DNA of 19,287 bases from an uncultured Methanosarcinales archaeon (GCA_964647565.1 CAZYIM010000037.1:1-19287); one strand, 5' to 3'. Positions 7,737 through 17,850 are shown, numbered from the stretch's first letter. The notes: a model not told the origin generated them from the sequence alone. Program-made: numbers and translations.

Positions 7737-9691
7737 TGCTCACAACACAACAGGAAGCTGCTCAGATGTTTGCTGCAGAGCAGGCAGCTGAGGTAATTAC
7801 ACTTGATAATCTTGCAGAACATAATGTGCCTGCAGGATTGATATTCAGTGCAGACATGGATGATCTGCTTAAGGTCTCTAAGGACCAATATGCTAGCGGT
7901 GAATTCAAGCAGTCAAAAAAGACAGCACTGTCTTTGATTGAAGAAGCAGGAAGACAGAAAGACAAGAGGATGCTTGTCCAAGGCCAATATCATGTTATAA
8001 GGGCAAGTGCTGAGCTTAATCAGCTAAACAATGCCCAATTTGAGAGGATCTTTGTACATAAGGATCAACTGGGAGATAAGAGCAATCTTGATGAGCTTTA
8101 TTATCATCTGGCTGGCATGAAATTCAAGAAAAAAGATAAGCTGGCTGGATTTGAAGCTCTCAAAAAGGCTGAAAAGCATCTTGCTAAGGGCTCTAAATGG
8201 GCGGATGACATCCTTATGTTGAGAAGTGAGCAAACAGGCAATATAGATGAGCAGGTTTCTCTATATAAGAAGATCATGCTTCAGCATCCTGATGATGGGA
8301 AAGGAGACCTGGTTGAGCAGGGCAAGAAAAGAGACAATCTTCTGGCCCGATATGCTAAACTTTCTTCAAAAGAGGATATGAAATTTGTCTCAGATCCTTC
8401 TTCATTTGCGCTCAAGAGCTGCAAGTCATTGAAGAGTATTGCTGAAAAATCTCTTAGAGGAGATACAGAGTTGGCAGATAATATTGCAGATTGGTTTATC
8501 AAGCATGCTTACGAAGCTCCGCTTCTGAATGAGAATCAATTGAAATGGGCAAAACAGATCAAATCGCAGGTCAAGGGACAGAAAGAATCAGATCGTGCAG
8601 ACAGGAAAAGACGAAAAGAGCGGGATAAGAAATATAGGCTGCAAGAGTGGGAAGCAGCTTATGAGAATCTACCTTGGTATCAGGATTATATGGGCCTTGC
8701 TAGTCTGCATGTTTCAAATATAGGACCTACAATAAAGTTGTTGGATATTGGTCATGGTCGTTTCAATAGGCATAGTTCTATACTCGGAGGAGGTATTGAT
8801 TATTCATTTAACAGTGCATTCCGGGGAGAGTTATTTTGTGCAGATTTTATTGGCCATTATAAGGCAAGACATTGGAAGGTTGAGCCTGGTGTTGAGTGCC
8901 TGGTTCAAGAGACCATTCCATCTTTTAAGGGTCATAAGATGATATATCTCAGTAAGATACTTAATGTTAAGGGAAGAGCCAAATTCCTTAAAAGTTTCTA
9001 TTTTGAAGCAGGCGCAGGAGGACAGACCCTTGAACCTTGGATACAGGTTGAGTATGATATATCGCCAGAAGGGATAATGACCTTTCAGGATAAGTCCGAT
9101 GATAATGAATTTACCCGGCAGGTTATTGATCAGTTCACCACCCACTATAATATCCAGACTTTAACTGAAAAGACCAATCAATTCGACTTGAATGGCGATG
9201 ACATGAGCGTAATGTATGAAGTTGGAGCTGGCATCCATAATATCATCCTTAATCCTGGTGCTGGTATGATGGTTGACTATGCAGGTCTATTATTCCAAAG
9301 CTACCAGTGGGGAACAGACTTCTGGACAAAAGCTCCAAACGACCTATCTTCTGATGGCATGTGGGTAAAAGGACCTTTCATGAAGACAAAAGAGCTTTGG
9401 TTCAATGGGGAGATGAGCCTGATCCAGAACAAGAAGTGGAACATCGGTGTGTTGGCAGAACATAGGCTTTATGACAATACCGAAATAGATGGCGTTCCTG
9501 TCCTAAAAGAGCTTTACAAAACAGCACAGCCAAAAGGCAATTATGGTATTGATATCCAGTTGATCCTTAAAAATAAGCCGCATAAACATAACTTGATTTT
9601 ACAAGGTACTGCAATGATCAATCTTGATAGCAATGACAAGACACATCCAGTATTTGGAGTTGGACTTGTTTGGGATGCGCATGCATATTAA
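7730..9691 (+). CDS. Array paralogue P2: leader + long TPR-like module + beta-rich domain
   Basis: 653 aa, with an alternative ATG at 7736 that overlaps the P1 stop (TGATG) and GGGGGA upstream. Leader TQQEAAQMFAAEQAAEVITLDNLAEHNVPAGL; family motifs GRFN, FYFEAG, GAGIHN, LWFNGEMSL. Confidence 0.88.
   Translation: MVMLTTQQEAAQMFAAEQAAEVITLDNLAEHNVPAGLIFSADMDDLLKVSKDQYASGEFKQSKKTALSLIEEAGRQKDKRMLVQGQYHVIRASAELNQLNNAQFERIFVHKDQLGDKSNLDELYYHLAGMKFKKKDKLAGFEALKKAEKHLAKGSKWADDILMLRSEQTGNIDEQVSLYKKIMLQHPDDGKGDLVEQGKKRDNLLARYAKLSSKEDMKFVSDPSSFALKSCKSLKSIAEKSLRGDTELADNIADWFIKHAYEAPLLNENQLKWAKQIKSQVKGQKESDRADRKRRKERDKKYRLQEWEAAYENLPWYQDYMGLASLHVSNIGPTIKLLDIGHGRFNRHSSILGGGIDYSFNSAFRGELFCADFIGHYKARHWKVEPGVECLVQETIPSFKGHKMIYLSKILNVKGRAKFLKSFYFEAGAGGQTLEPWIQVEYDISPEGIMTFQDKSDDNEFTRQVIDQFTTHYNIQTLTEKTNQFDLNGDDMSVMYEVGAGIHNIILNPGAGMMVDYAGLLFQSYQWGTDFWTKAPNDLSSDGMWVKGPFMKTKELWFNGEMSLIQNKKWNIGVLAEHRLYDNTEIDGVPVLKELYKTAQPKGNYGIDIQLILKNKPHKHNLILQGTAMINLDSNDKTHPVFGVGLVWDAHAY
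7745..7840 (+). repeat. 96-nt leader-encoding direct repeat, copy 2 (P2)
   Basis: acacaacaggaagctgctcagatgttt...cataatgtgcctgcaggattg. Confidence 0.9.
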
Positions 9692-9698
9692 AAGGAGG
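9692..9698 (+). promoter_or_regulatory. Shine-Dalgarno site of P3
   Basis: AAGGAGG ends 9 nt before ATG 9708. Confidence 0.8.
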
Positions 9699-9707
9699 AA
9701 ATAAAAA

Positions 9708-11723
9708 ATGAATTTTACACCACAACAGGAAGCAGCTCAGATGTTTTTCACTGAACAGGCTGCTGAAGTGATAACATTAGATAATCTTACAACGCATAAT
9801 GTGCCAGCAGGTCTTACATTTAATACTGATTTGGATTCTTTATTGGATGTCACATGGAAGCATTTTGCAGCAGGTGATTACGAACAAGCTAAACAATCTG
9901 CTCGTAATCTAGCTGATGAGGCTGGCCGGCAGAAGAATACAAAGATGCTGATCGAAGGAGAATATTATTTGATAAGAGCAAGTGCGCGACTTGGTGATCT
10001 TACTGCAGCGCCTATTGAACAGATACTCGTTCATAAAGAAAAAGCTGCTGACAAATCACATCTGGCAGAATTAAATTATCAGCTAGCTGCTTTTCGAACA
10101 GGTCAGGGAAGAACTACAGAGGCCTTAAAAGCATTGCAGACAGCAAAAAAGTATGTGTCAAAAGAACAAGACTGGAAAGATGATATTCTTTTCTTGGAGG
10201 CACAACTAGTTAAGAAGTCTGATCCCATTAGGGCTGCAGACTTGTATAAAGAAGTCCTGTTGGGCTATCCTCATGGAGGTGAGGGGGACTTTGGATTGCT
10301 TCCTTCTGAACAGAGTGTATTGAGCCAGAAGTATAAGCCTCTTTTTAAAAAAGGTGAGACTTTTGATATTGGCAGGCCTTCATTATATTGCTTGGAGAGC
10401 TGTAAGGCACTAATGCAGATAACAGAGAATTTAAGCAAGACAAAGAGTTCACAACACAAACTTAAGGCAAAGGATATTGCCGAGTGGTTTATTGATAATA
10501 CTGGTAAATCACCTCTCTTAAACCAGCACCAGAAAGACTGGGCAAAGGGAATTTATAATTCTGTATTGGCCTGGAAACGGACCAGAAAAACAATAGGCAA
10601 GTCTATTGGAAAAGCAGTAGGTTCTGCCTTTAGCTATCTTAAGAGTTATGATATGAAGTCATTCAATCATTGGGGTGACTTGGTTTTTCCTATCCAAGCA
10701 TTGTCTGGAGCATACAGTACCCGGACTGGTATTGATTTTACCTTGATAAATATGGTGGGTAAATTCGATAATGACACTAAGTTTATGCATGGTAGAGGTA
10801 ATAAGGACAGTTTTAATTTTGGTGGCGTAAAAGTAAAAACAATTGGTCATGATTCCTTTAGGGATTTTATGCATGAATTGGACTTGACTCTTATGGACAT
10901 CTGGAACTTTGACTATAAGGATAAATATCCAACTTCTGATTTAGATGCCTCATATGTTGGAACCTCTCATGGACTTAAAGGCAGACAGAAGCTTGGAAGA
11001 TTCTATATAGAAGCAGGCTTTGAGTTTGGCGGTATTGGGACATCAGAATGGATTCAATATAAGCAATTTGAAGATGGCAGCTATAAATATTGGACTCTTC
11101 TTGATGGAGAACAGTCTGAACTGGATATTGAGGGTAACCGGCGCCTCTTAGAAGAGTTGCATTCACAGATAACAGATAACAGTTCTATGGCTGGAGACAG
11201 AAGAATATTTTTCCAAGGTTTTGATAATTTTAATTATACTTTTGGCATAGGCTTGCATAATTTAATATTTGATGAAGACCTCGGATTAGGAATAAATTAT
11301 GTGGGGATATCTTTGGATGATTCCAAAACTCATATTGGTACAGAAGTGGTTGGTAGGAAAAATGGTTCTTATAAAAATACGCTTTTGGACGTTGATTCAG
11401 GATTGAAGTTCCAAGATCTTTGGATCAAGGGAGAGGTTGACTTGGTAAACAAGCAAAATTTCTCAATTGCACTTATGGGTCAAATACCTATATCTAATCG
11501 CCAAGAGGATGTATATGGTTTGGATATCTGGACTGAATTTTCCAAGGCGCAACAAGTACGAGGAATATACGGGATCAATGCTCAGGGAATAATCAAGGTC
11601 TCTGATACTTCTGGTATACTTCTGAAAGCAGCATACATGATCGAGAAAGATGGACTTGGAGAATTCCATGATAACTTGATGTTTCAGACAGGATTTGTGA
11701 GTCAATGGGGTGGAGCAAAATGA
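9708..11723 (+). CDS. Array paralogue P3: leader + long TPR-like module + beta-rich domain
   Basis: 671 aa, with Shine-Dalgarno AAGGAGG at 9692-9698. Carries the leader and motifs GKFD, IGHDSFRDFMHELDL, FYIEAG, GIGLHN. Confidence 0.9.
   Translation: MNFTPQQEAAQMFFTEQAAEVITLDNLTTHNVPAGLTFNTDLDSLLDVTWKHFAAGDYEQAKQSARNLADEAGRQKNTKMLIEGEYYLIRASARLGDLTAAPIEQILVHKEKAADKSHLAELNYQLAAFRTGQGRTTEALKALQTAKKYVSKEQDWKDDILFLEAQLVKKSDPIRAADLYKEVLLGYPHGGEGDFGLLPSEQSVLSQKYKPLFKKGETFDIGRPSLYCLESCKALMQITENLSKTKSSQHKLKAKDIAEWFIDNTGKSPLLNQHQKDWAKGIYNSVLAWKRTRKTIGKSIGKAVGSAFSYLKSYDMKSFNHWGDLVFPIQALSGAYSTRTGIDFTLINMVGKFDNDTKFMHGRGNKDSFNFGGVKVKTIGHDSFRDFMHELDLTLMDIWNFDYKDKYPTSDLDASYVGTSHGLKGRQKLGRFYIEAGFEFGGIGTSEWIQYKQFEDGSYKYWTLLDGEQSELDIEGNRRLLEELHSQITDNSSMAGDRRIFFQGFDNFNYTFGIGLHNLIFDEDLGLGINYVGISLDDSKTHIGTEVVGRKNGSYKNTLLDVDSGLKFQDLWIKGEVDLVNKQNFSIALMGQIPISNRQEDVYGLDIWTEFSKAQQVRGIYGINAQGIIKVSDTSGILLKAAYMIEKDGLGEFHDNLMFQTGFVSQWGGAK
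9720..9815 (+). repeat. 96-nt leader-encoding direct repeat, copy 3 (P3)
   Basis: ccacaacaggaagcagctcagatgttt...gataatcttacaacgcataatgtgccagcaggtctt. Confidence 0.9.
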
Positions 11724-13321
11724 TGATTACTCCACAACAGGAAGCAGCTCAGATGTTTGTTGCAGAGCAGGCAGCTGAAGTTCGGATACTAGATGAGGAT
11801 GCAATGCATCAAGCTAATGGCCCTCTTTTTGAGATATTAAATCTTGATTCCTTGTGTGCTGTTGCTCAGAAGCAGTACAAAGAAGGGAACTATGATGGAA
11901 TCAAGAAGACTGCCAGGATTATAGTTGATGAGGCTAGCAAGCAGACTGATCCTTTGATGAAGATTGCTGGCGAGTATCATGAGTTAAGGGCTAATGATGA
12001 GCTTGGAACCATGAATATGGCTCATATCGATCGGATTCTTGAGCATAAGGAATTGATAGGTGATGAAAGCAATCTTGGAGAGATCTATTTCAGGGCTTCA
12101 AGATTCAAGTATAAGCAAGGAGATATAAGAGCTGCTAAGAAATTTCTAAAAAAAGCTAAGAAATCTCAGAGCGACCCTTATTGGACCCTGATGATTGCTG
12201 ATTTTGATGAGAAATTAAATCCTGTAAGGGAAGAGATCACTCGAGAACCTTTCTTCGCATGGCCTCCAGGAAAGATGCTGGATAAACTTTTCATGGAAGA
12301 AGCAGGATTTTTTGGATTGGGGGGTTCTGTCAAAGGCAATACTGTTATTGCTAATTTGGGTTATATTCCAGGCAGATTCAACAAGAATTCTGGATTTGTT
12401 ACTATTAATAGTATCAGGGGCCGTTCAGATTGGAATGCATTCAATATCTCGATGATAAACAACCCTAAATACGATCACCTATCCCAGGAAGTTGATCTGC
12501 AACTGTTTTCATTATATTCTATATCTACAGGTTATGAGTCATTGGATTTTTTTGGCTTGCATATAGGTGCCCATCACAGACAAAAGATAGGGAAATTCTA
12601 TGTCCAGGCAGGATTTGATAAATACTTTGATGGTGCAAATGGTTCGGGTCAGTTCGAATATCTTTCTGATTCTGACTCATTTGAACAGAAATGGTTGTCT
12701 GATCTTGATAATGAGTTCATGCAAGCTCTATATGATCAGGTTAATGCAATCCTGCCGTTTGACTCAGAGGCGTCCTATAAGCGGAATATAACTTTTATAG
12801 ATGATGCTGCGAATTGGGTTCCAAAGATTGAGTTTGGTATTCACAATAGGCCAATAAGTGCGAATGGAGCTCTGATGCTGAATAATTTGGGCATCGGGTA
12901 CCAGAGATTTGTTGCGCCTGCATGGGATCTCGAAATAGAAGATCACGTGTCTGGATCTGAAGAGCTGGCACTTACTGAGACCATCAGAAATAGCTATTCT
13001 TCTGACAACCTGGTTATCAGGGCAGAGGCTGCCTTGCAATTTGCCAAATGGGCAACACTTGCAATGATGGGAAAACATTCTTTTTCAGTAAAAGAGGACA
13101 AGCAGGGAATCCCATTCTATAATACCCTACTTCCATCATTTCATAACAAGACTGTGCTTGCAGGCGAGCTGGAGCTTAACACAGGTTATGTTGGGGATTC
13201 ATGGAATGGATATAGCAAGCTTCAAGTTAGACTAGGGGGGCAGCTAATACAAGATGCCAATAGTAACTGGCACCCTTCAGCGTACTTGACTTTAGGATGG
13301 GTTATGGGTGAGAAAAAATGA
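11720..13321 (+). CDS. Array paralogue P4: half-conserved leader + short TPR-like module + beta-rich domain, ~533 aa
   Basis: I moved the start from 11705 to ATG 11720 (ATGA overlap with the P3 stop, GGAG upstream, MMITPQQEAAQMF aligns with the family). Motifs GRFN, FYVQAG, FGIHN; ends AYLTLGWVMGEKK. Confidence 0.85.
   Translation: MMITPQQEAAQMFVAEQAAEVRILDEDAMHQANGPLFEILNLDSLCAVAQKQYKEGNYDGIKKTARIIVDEASKQTDPLMKIAGEYHELRANDELGTMNMAHIDRILEHKELIGDESNLGEIYFRASRFKYKQGDIRAAKKFLKKAKKSQSDPYWTLMIADFDEKLNPVREEITREPFFAWPPGKMLDKLFMEEAGFFGLGGSVKGNTVIANLGYIPGRFNKNSGFVTINSIRGRSDWNAFNISMINNPKYDHLSQEVDLQLFSLYSISTGYESLDFFGLHIGAHHRQKIGKFYVQAGFDKYFDGANGSGQFEYLSDSDSFEQKWLSDLDNEFMQALYDQVNAILPFDSEASYKRNITFIDDAANWVPKIEFGIHNRPISANGALMLNNLGIGYQRFVAPAWDLEIEDHVSGSEELALTETIRNSYSSDNLVIRAEAALQFAKWATLAMMGKHSFSVKEDKQGIPFYNTLLPSFHNKTVLAGELELNTGYVGDSWNGYSKLQVRLGGQLIQDANSNWHPSAYLTLGWVMGEKK
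11732..11785 (+). repeat. Leader-encoding direct repeat, copy 4 (P4; first 18 codons only)
   Basis: One mismatch to the P5 copy over 53 nt, after which the sequence diverges (ILDEDAMHQANGPL). Confidence 0.9.
11927..12208 (+). repeat. ~280-nt near-identical block in the P4 TPR module (copy B)
   Basis: Perfect runs 11954-12027 and 12097-12147 against P1; most other differences are synonymous. Confidence 0.92.
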
Positions 13322-15852
13322 CACTCTTGATGAGTCCACAACAGGAAGCGGCTCAGATGTTTGTTGCAGAGCAGGCAGCTGAAGTTCGAACACTTGATAA
13401 TTTAACAACGCATAATGCGCCTGCTGGACTGACTTTTATAGATGATCTTGACCAGCTTTTGGGAAAAGCCAAATCATTGTATGCTGAAGGTAAACTTGAT
13501 GAGGCAGAAGCTTTAATCAAACAGTTTAAGCAACAGCCTGATCTAGCCAAGGATAGACAAAGATATTTTGAGATGTCGCGGCTTGATATCATGATTGATA
13601 TTGCACAGGGTGATCTAACTTTTGCCAAGGTTGAAAAGTTAAAAACCCAGAAAGAATCATTGAAAGATAATGGTTCAAGAGCAGAGATCGGTTATTTCAC
13701 AGGCATGTTCGAAAAACAACAGAGGCGTCTTGATGAAGCTGCTAAGGCTTGGAAAAGTGCTGTAAAACATGCATCTTCTGGTGAAGCTGAGTTTGCTGGA
13801 GAATCTTTATTTGAATTAGTAAAGTATTTTCAGCTTAAGAAAAAAGAAGACAAGGTTGTTGATTGCTATAAGAAGATGCTTTCTATTGGTAAACATAAGA
13901 GAGTGGATTCTGTTGTAGATTCATTGTTTACGATAACTGATGATAGGAGACGTGAAAAACAAAGAGCTAGAGCGCTAGAGATCTATGGATTTATCAAATC
14001 AAGTTCTTCTACAGGCCTAAGCCAATCTGATAAGGAAATGGCAACTCTGAAATGGGCTGATACTCGTTTAGAGATGGCTGTCTTTGATGAATACAATTGG
14101 TCAGAGATGGGTCTGGATAATTTCTTAGGCGAGTTTGATAAGACAAAGACACATATCTTTGGAAAGAAACAAGATCAGTTTGAGAGAAACTATGCCAAAC
14201 CCTATGTCGCGATCATGAGAAAAAAGACAAGCGAACATGTCAGTGCTGCTATTGAAAAATTATGCAAGGCATATTTAATTGCAGAAGAGGTGCATGTAGC
14301 AGGTAAGTTTATTGATAATATCCTTAAGGAGAAGTCTTTGGTAAATAAGATTTCTGAGAATGACAGGATACAAATTGATGGTTATCGATGGCTTGCAAAT
14401 CATGAGCAGATAACTTGGGCTCTTATGGATGAAGATTTCCATAGATTAAGATTTTCAGATGAAGACTATAAATCAAGAACACGTATTATTCTAAATGCAG
14501 TAGAAAGAAAGAAGCATAATGTGCTGAATGAGAAAAGTGTTTTTGCTGCCAACCACAAGTTAATTATGCAGCAAACTCCCATGGATCAATATTACGACGC
14601 GATGCCTGATTTTCAGATGAGCTATATGTTTAGAGGCATAACCAAGAAAAACTGGCTCTATCAGGTCCAGCCAAATTTTGACTTCTATCTTGGAGGTTTT
14701 AAGGAAGGATGGTTTAATCTGAACATCCGTTCTGCACTTAGCTATTCTATTAAAGGCGTGCCCTTGGCAATCGGTGTTAGCATGTGGGAGCCTTCTTTGA
14801 ACAAGAGAGGTTTTGACATTAAGGTTAAAGACCGATGGTATGAGATGGGCTTTAATGGCAAACTTGATGTTGACGATGCTGATAGTGATGTCAAGACTAA
14901 TATTCTTAATCAGACTGGATTGCTCTTCCCCTCTAACAGTTGTGGGTGTGCTATTGCTGATGGCGTACTTGGTCCTAACCGACAGGCATTTGCAGGTATT
15001 GGTCTTAACCACAAGCTGTTCTCATATTTTCTTCACAAGAGAGAGAATGCTCTTGTAAGAGGTTTTGATTCAAGAGATATTGCACTTCTTAGTGAAATGG
15101 TGCAGTTCTACGAGGAAAGCGGTTTTGGGCGCAATCTAGATCTGTCTGAAGTTGACAGAGATCATGTGGACTGGGCTTTGAACCGAGGCGAATTCCCTGA
15201 CAATTTTACAGTTTCAGGTGTTCGATCATTGTATAACTCTGTTGGTCTTGCTGCGAGATTTGTGCCGGGAATAATCCTAGGCGCAGAATACGGAACCCAG
15301 AAGACTTCTTTTAGAGATAGGCTTAAACAGACCGTTGGCAAGACAGAGTATAATTTTTCTTCAATCTATTATGACCAGAGACTTGGCGCTGACAAGACCG
15401 AGGATATACTTACTCTGCATGGAAGACTTGATTTCCAGACAGGAAATTGGAAGTTCTTTGCAGGAGGATCGCTCACTAGCGTGCTTGACAAGAATGTCTC
15501 ATATGGAATTCTTGAGGCATGGATGACTAAGACTTCTTCTGCCCATTGGAGTTCTCATGATTATGATGGTTGTACAGATCCTAAGATAGAGAGGGAGCTA
15601 ACAGATCAACAGAAAATGCTTGCAGAAGCTTTCATGGATCATACTGGCCATTCAAGACACAAAGGGGGAATTTACTTGGGCTTTGAAAATACCAATAATT
15701 CTCTTGTCCTTGGCTGGGGAGTTACTTTGAAGTATGATAATATTGCTGGCAACGATGTCTACAGGGCAGAGGTTTCAATAGCCTCCAAATTAGACGGGTT
15801 GACAAGAACATTGCTTGACCTGTTGCCAATAAACAGAGTAGATAGGAGGTAA
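13318..15852 (+). CDS. Array paralogue P5 (divergent, longest): leader + extended helical/TPR region + beta-rich domain
   Basis: 844 aa, with an ATGA overlap with the P4 stop and GGTGA at 13307-13311. It has a full leader, TPR-like segments (AEIGYFTGMFEKQQRRLDEAAKAWKSAV) and alternating-pattern strands such as GIILGAEYG, LTLHGRLDF, WKFFAGGSL and LGWGVTLKY. Confidence 0.88.
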   Translation: MTLLMSPQQEAAQMFVAEQAAEVRTLDNLTTHNAPAGLTFIDDLDQLLGKAKSLYAEGKLDEAEALIKQFKQQPDLAKDRQRYFEMSRLDIMIDIAQGDLTFAKVEKLKTQKESLKDNGSRAEIGYFTGMFEKQQRRLDEAAKAWKSAVKHASSGEAEFAGESLFELVKYFQLKKKEDKVVDCYKKMLSIGKHKRVDSVVDSLFTITDDRRREKQRARALEIYGFIKSSSSTGLSQSDKEMATLKWADTRLEMAVFDEYNWSEMGLDNFLGEFDKTKTHIFGKKQDQFERNYAKPYVAIMRKKTSEHVSAAIEKLCKAYLIAEEVHVAGKFIDNILKEKSLVNKISENDRIQIDGYRWLANHEQITWALMDEDFHRLRFSDEDYKSRTRIILNAVERKKHNVLNEKSVFAANHKLIMQQTPMDQYYDAMPDFQMSYMFRGITKKNWLYQVQPNFDFYLGGFKEGWFNLNIRSALSYSIKGVPLAIGVSMWEPSLNKRGFDIKVKDRWYEMGFNGKLDVDDADSDVKTNILNQTGLLFPSNSCGCAIADGVLGPNRQAFAGIGLNHKLFSYFLHKRENALVRGFDSRDIALLSEMVQFYEESGFGRNLDLSEVDRDHVDWALNRGEFPDNFTVSGVRSLYNSVGLAARFVPGIILGAEYGTQKTSFRDRLKQTVGKTEYNFSSIYYDQRLGADKTEDILTLHGRLDFQTGNWKFFAGGSLTSVLDKNVSYGILEAWMTKTSSAHWSSHDYDGCTDPKIERELTDQQKMLAEAFMDHTGHSRHKGGIYLGFENTNNSLVLGWGVTLKYDNIAGNDVYRAEVSIASKLDGLTRTLLDLLPINRVDRR
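13336..13431 (+). repeat. 96-nt leader-encoding direct repeat, copy 5 (P5)
   Basis: Encodes PQQEAAQMFVAEQAAEVRTLDNLTTHNAPAGL. Confidence 0.9.
15844..15850 (+). promoter_or_regulatory. Shine-Dalgarno site of P6, embedded in the last codons of P5
   Basis: AGGAGGT is followed by aata ATG ATG ATG. Confidence 0.75.
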
Positions 15853-15854
15853 TA

Positions 15855-17837
15855 ATGATGATGTTTACACCACAACAGGAAGCAGCTCAGATGTTTGCTG
15901 CAGAACATGCAGCTGAAGTTCGAACACTTGATAATTTAACAACGCATAATGTGCCAGCAGGTCTGGCATTTGAAGATGACCTGGATGTACTTTTGAATGT
16001 TACACTGCAATTGTATGATGCTGGGAACTTTAAAGCAGCAAAGGCATCTGCCCAAAAAGTCATGGATGAGGCAGTTATCCAGAAGAATATGCCTATGCTG
16101 ACCAAAGGGGAATACCAATTTGTTATTGCAAGTGATCGATTGGGTAGTCTTACAAAGGCTCAGGTTGATAGGTTCAGGACGCATATGCATGAGCTTGATG
16201 ATCATTCTAAGGATGGAGAAACATACATCCTCCAGGCATTGATAGATCTTGAAAACAAAAATGTTGAGTCTGTCAGGCAGAATCTGAGTCTTGCAAAGAG
16301 CCATATGGCTCCTGGAGAGAAATTGAATTTAAATGATGATCTCCTATATATAGAATCTAAAATTGTGGAAGAAACAGATATCAAGAAAGCTGTTACATTG
16401 AGACAGAATCTTTTGTTGGAAAGTCCATTGGGAGGACGTTCTGTTGGCAATTGGACAACAGCCGATAAGCAGGCACTAATTAAAAGATATTTTGGTTTTA
16501 CAGAGGCTATTGATCAAAAGAGTCTTACCAATCCTTCTGATTATGCTTTGGCAACTGTTGAAAGCCTAAGAGATATTACAGATGCTCATCTAAAAACAGA
16601 CCCGAATTTAGCTTTGGATATCTGTAATTTCTTTATTAACAATGAAGGCAAATCCGCTCTTCTGAGTGGCAAGATGGCTGACTGGGCAAAGAGCAAGCTA
16701 CCGAGTCTGAAGGAATATATTCAACAGAAGAAAATTCAGGAGAAAAAGACTAAACAGGAAAAATATGATACCTGGCTCGAAGGCTATAAGAAAATGCCCT
16801 GGCCAAATGCGTACTTTTCGATTGATATCTATGGTTCAAGTTCCTCTGAAATAGGTTTTAAGGGAGGAAATTTATGGTTTAACAGGTTTGATAAGCCAAA
16901 TTCTTTTTTAAGACTTGGCGGTAAATTGGGAGAAGAGGTTCCAGTTAGCGGAGATATCCTATGTGTTTCATCGATAGGCAATCCAATTGCTAAGGATCGT
17001 CAGTTTCTGGGAGATTTTTATCTTATGAGTATGAGGCCAGTTAAGCCTGTGGATGGATATGATATGGCAACATTAAGTACTAGTAAACTTATTGGTCGAT
17101 GGAAACCCAAATCAGGATTCTATCTGGATGCAGGATTGATGTTTCAATCGCTTGATCCATCTATATATGATATGGGTTATAGTTATGCTGAAGACGGTAC
17201 TATTGATTTTGCAGATGAGAGAAATGATTCCGAACTCATGAGGCAATTTATCCAGGAGTTCCATGATCATTATAAACTTAGATCTTTTAATGGCACTAAT
17301 CAATTGGAGTATATGACTAGTTCTGCGTTTTCTTCACTTAGTTTTGAGATAGGTGGGGGTTTGCATAGTGTCTTAGTCAATCCAGAATCTGGCATGATGT
17401 TGGATTATATGGGTCTTGCAATTATAAACCGGAATTGGACGAACTCTTATGATATTGAGATCGATCCTGATGAAGGAGATCGGATGGATTTTTTCCCTGG
17501 CAGGGATAAAGGGACACCTGAATTGAAATCCACTGAATTATGGCTCAAAGGAGAAATGAGTTTGTTTCAGAACATGAACTGGAATGTTGGAGTGTTGCTT
17601 GAGCAAAAACTCTATTCAGACCAGGAATTAAAGGGTTTACCTTCGATGCAGCAGCTGTTTGAGGCAGGCAACTATAACGGGAAATATGGCCTGGATGTAA
17701 CATATGCTGTGGGTGAATTCAAGTTCCAAAAGAATTTCTGGGCTTTTAACGCGTGCGTCATGATGACGCTGGATGGATTAAACAAGCTTCATCCAGAAAT
17801 AATGGGCGGTATTAGTTATTACATAAATAAGGAGTAA
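15855..17837 (+). CDS. Array paralogue P6: leader + long TPR-like module + beta-rich domain
   Basis: 660 aa, with AGGAGGT at 15844-15850 and three tandem ATGs, so the start could be 15855, 15858 or 15861. Motifs FYLDAG, GGGLHS, LWLKGEMSLFQN. Confidence 0.9.
   Translation: MMMFTPQQEAAQMFAAEHAAEVRTLDNLTTHNVPAGLAFEDDLDVLLNVTLQLYDAGNFKAAKASAQKVMDEAVIQKNMPMLTKGEYQFVIASDRLGSLTKAQVDRFRTHMHELDDHSKDGETYILQALIDLENKNVESVRQNLSLAKSHMAPGEKLNLNDDLLYIESKIVEETDIKKAVTLRQNLLLESPLGGRSVGNWTTADKQALIKRYFGFTEAIDQKSLTNPSDYALATVESLRDITDAHLKTDPNLALDICNFFINNEGKSALLSGKMADWAKSKLPSLKEYIQQKKIQEKKTKQEKYDTWLEGYKKMPWPNAYFSIDIYGSSSSEIGFKGGNLWFNRFDKPNSFLRLGGKLGEEVPVSGDILCVSSIGNPIAKDRQFLGDFYLMSMRPVKPVDGYDMATLSTSKLIGRWKPKSGFYLDAGLMFQSLDPSIYDMGYSYAEDGTIDFADERNDSELMRQFIQEFHDHYKLRSFNGTNQLEYMTSSAFSSLSFEIGGGLHSVLVNPESGMMLDYMGLAIINRNWTNSYDIEIDPDEGDRMDFFPGRDKGTPELKSTELWLKGEMSLFQNMNWNVGVLLEQKLYSDQELKGLPSMQQLFEAGNYNGKYGLDVTYAVGEFKFQKNFWAFNACVMMTLDGLNKLHPEIMGGISYYINKE
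15870..15965 (+). repeat. 96-nt leader-encoding direct repeat, copy 6 (P6)
   Basis: Encodes PQQEAAQMFAAEHAAEVRTLDNLTTHNVPAGL; a 43-nt stretch is identical to the P5 copy. Confidence 0.9.
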
Positions 17838-17850
17838 GGAGACAATTAAA

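Noticed and set aside
6354..12208. P1/P4 duplicated block as a diversity-generating retroelement template/variable repeat pair
   Set aside because: Mismatches are not adenine-specific (many are C/T third-position changes), both copies are coding and N-terminal, and there is no reverse transcriptase in the window.
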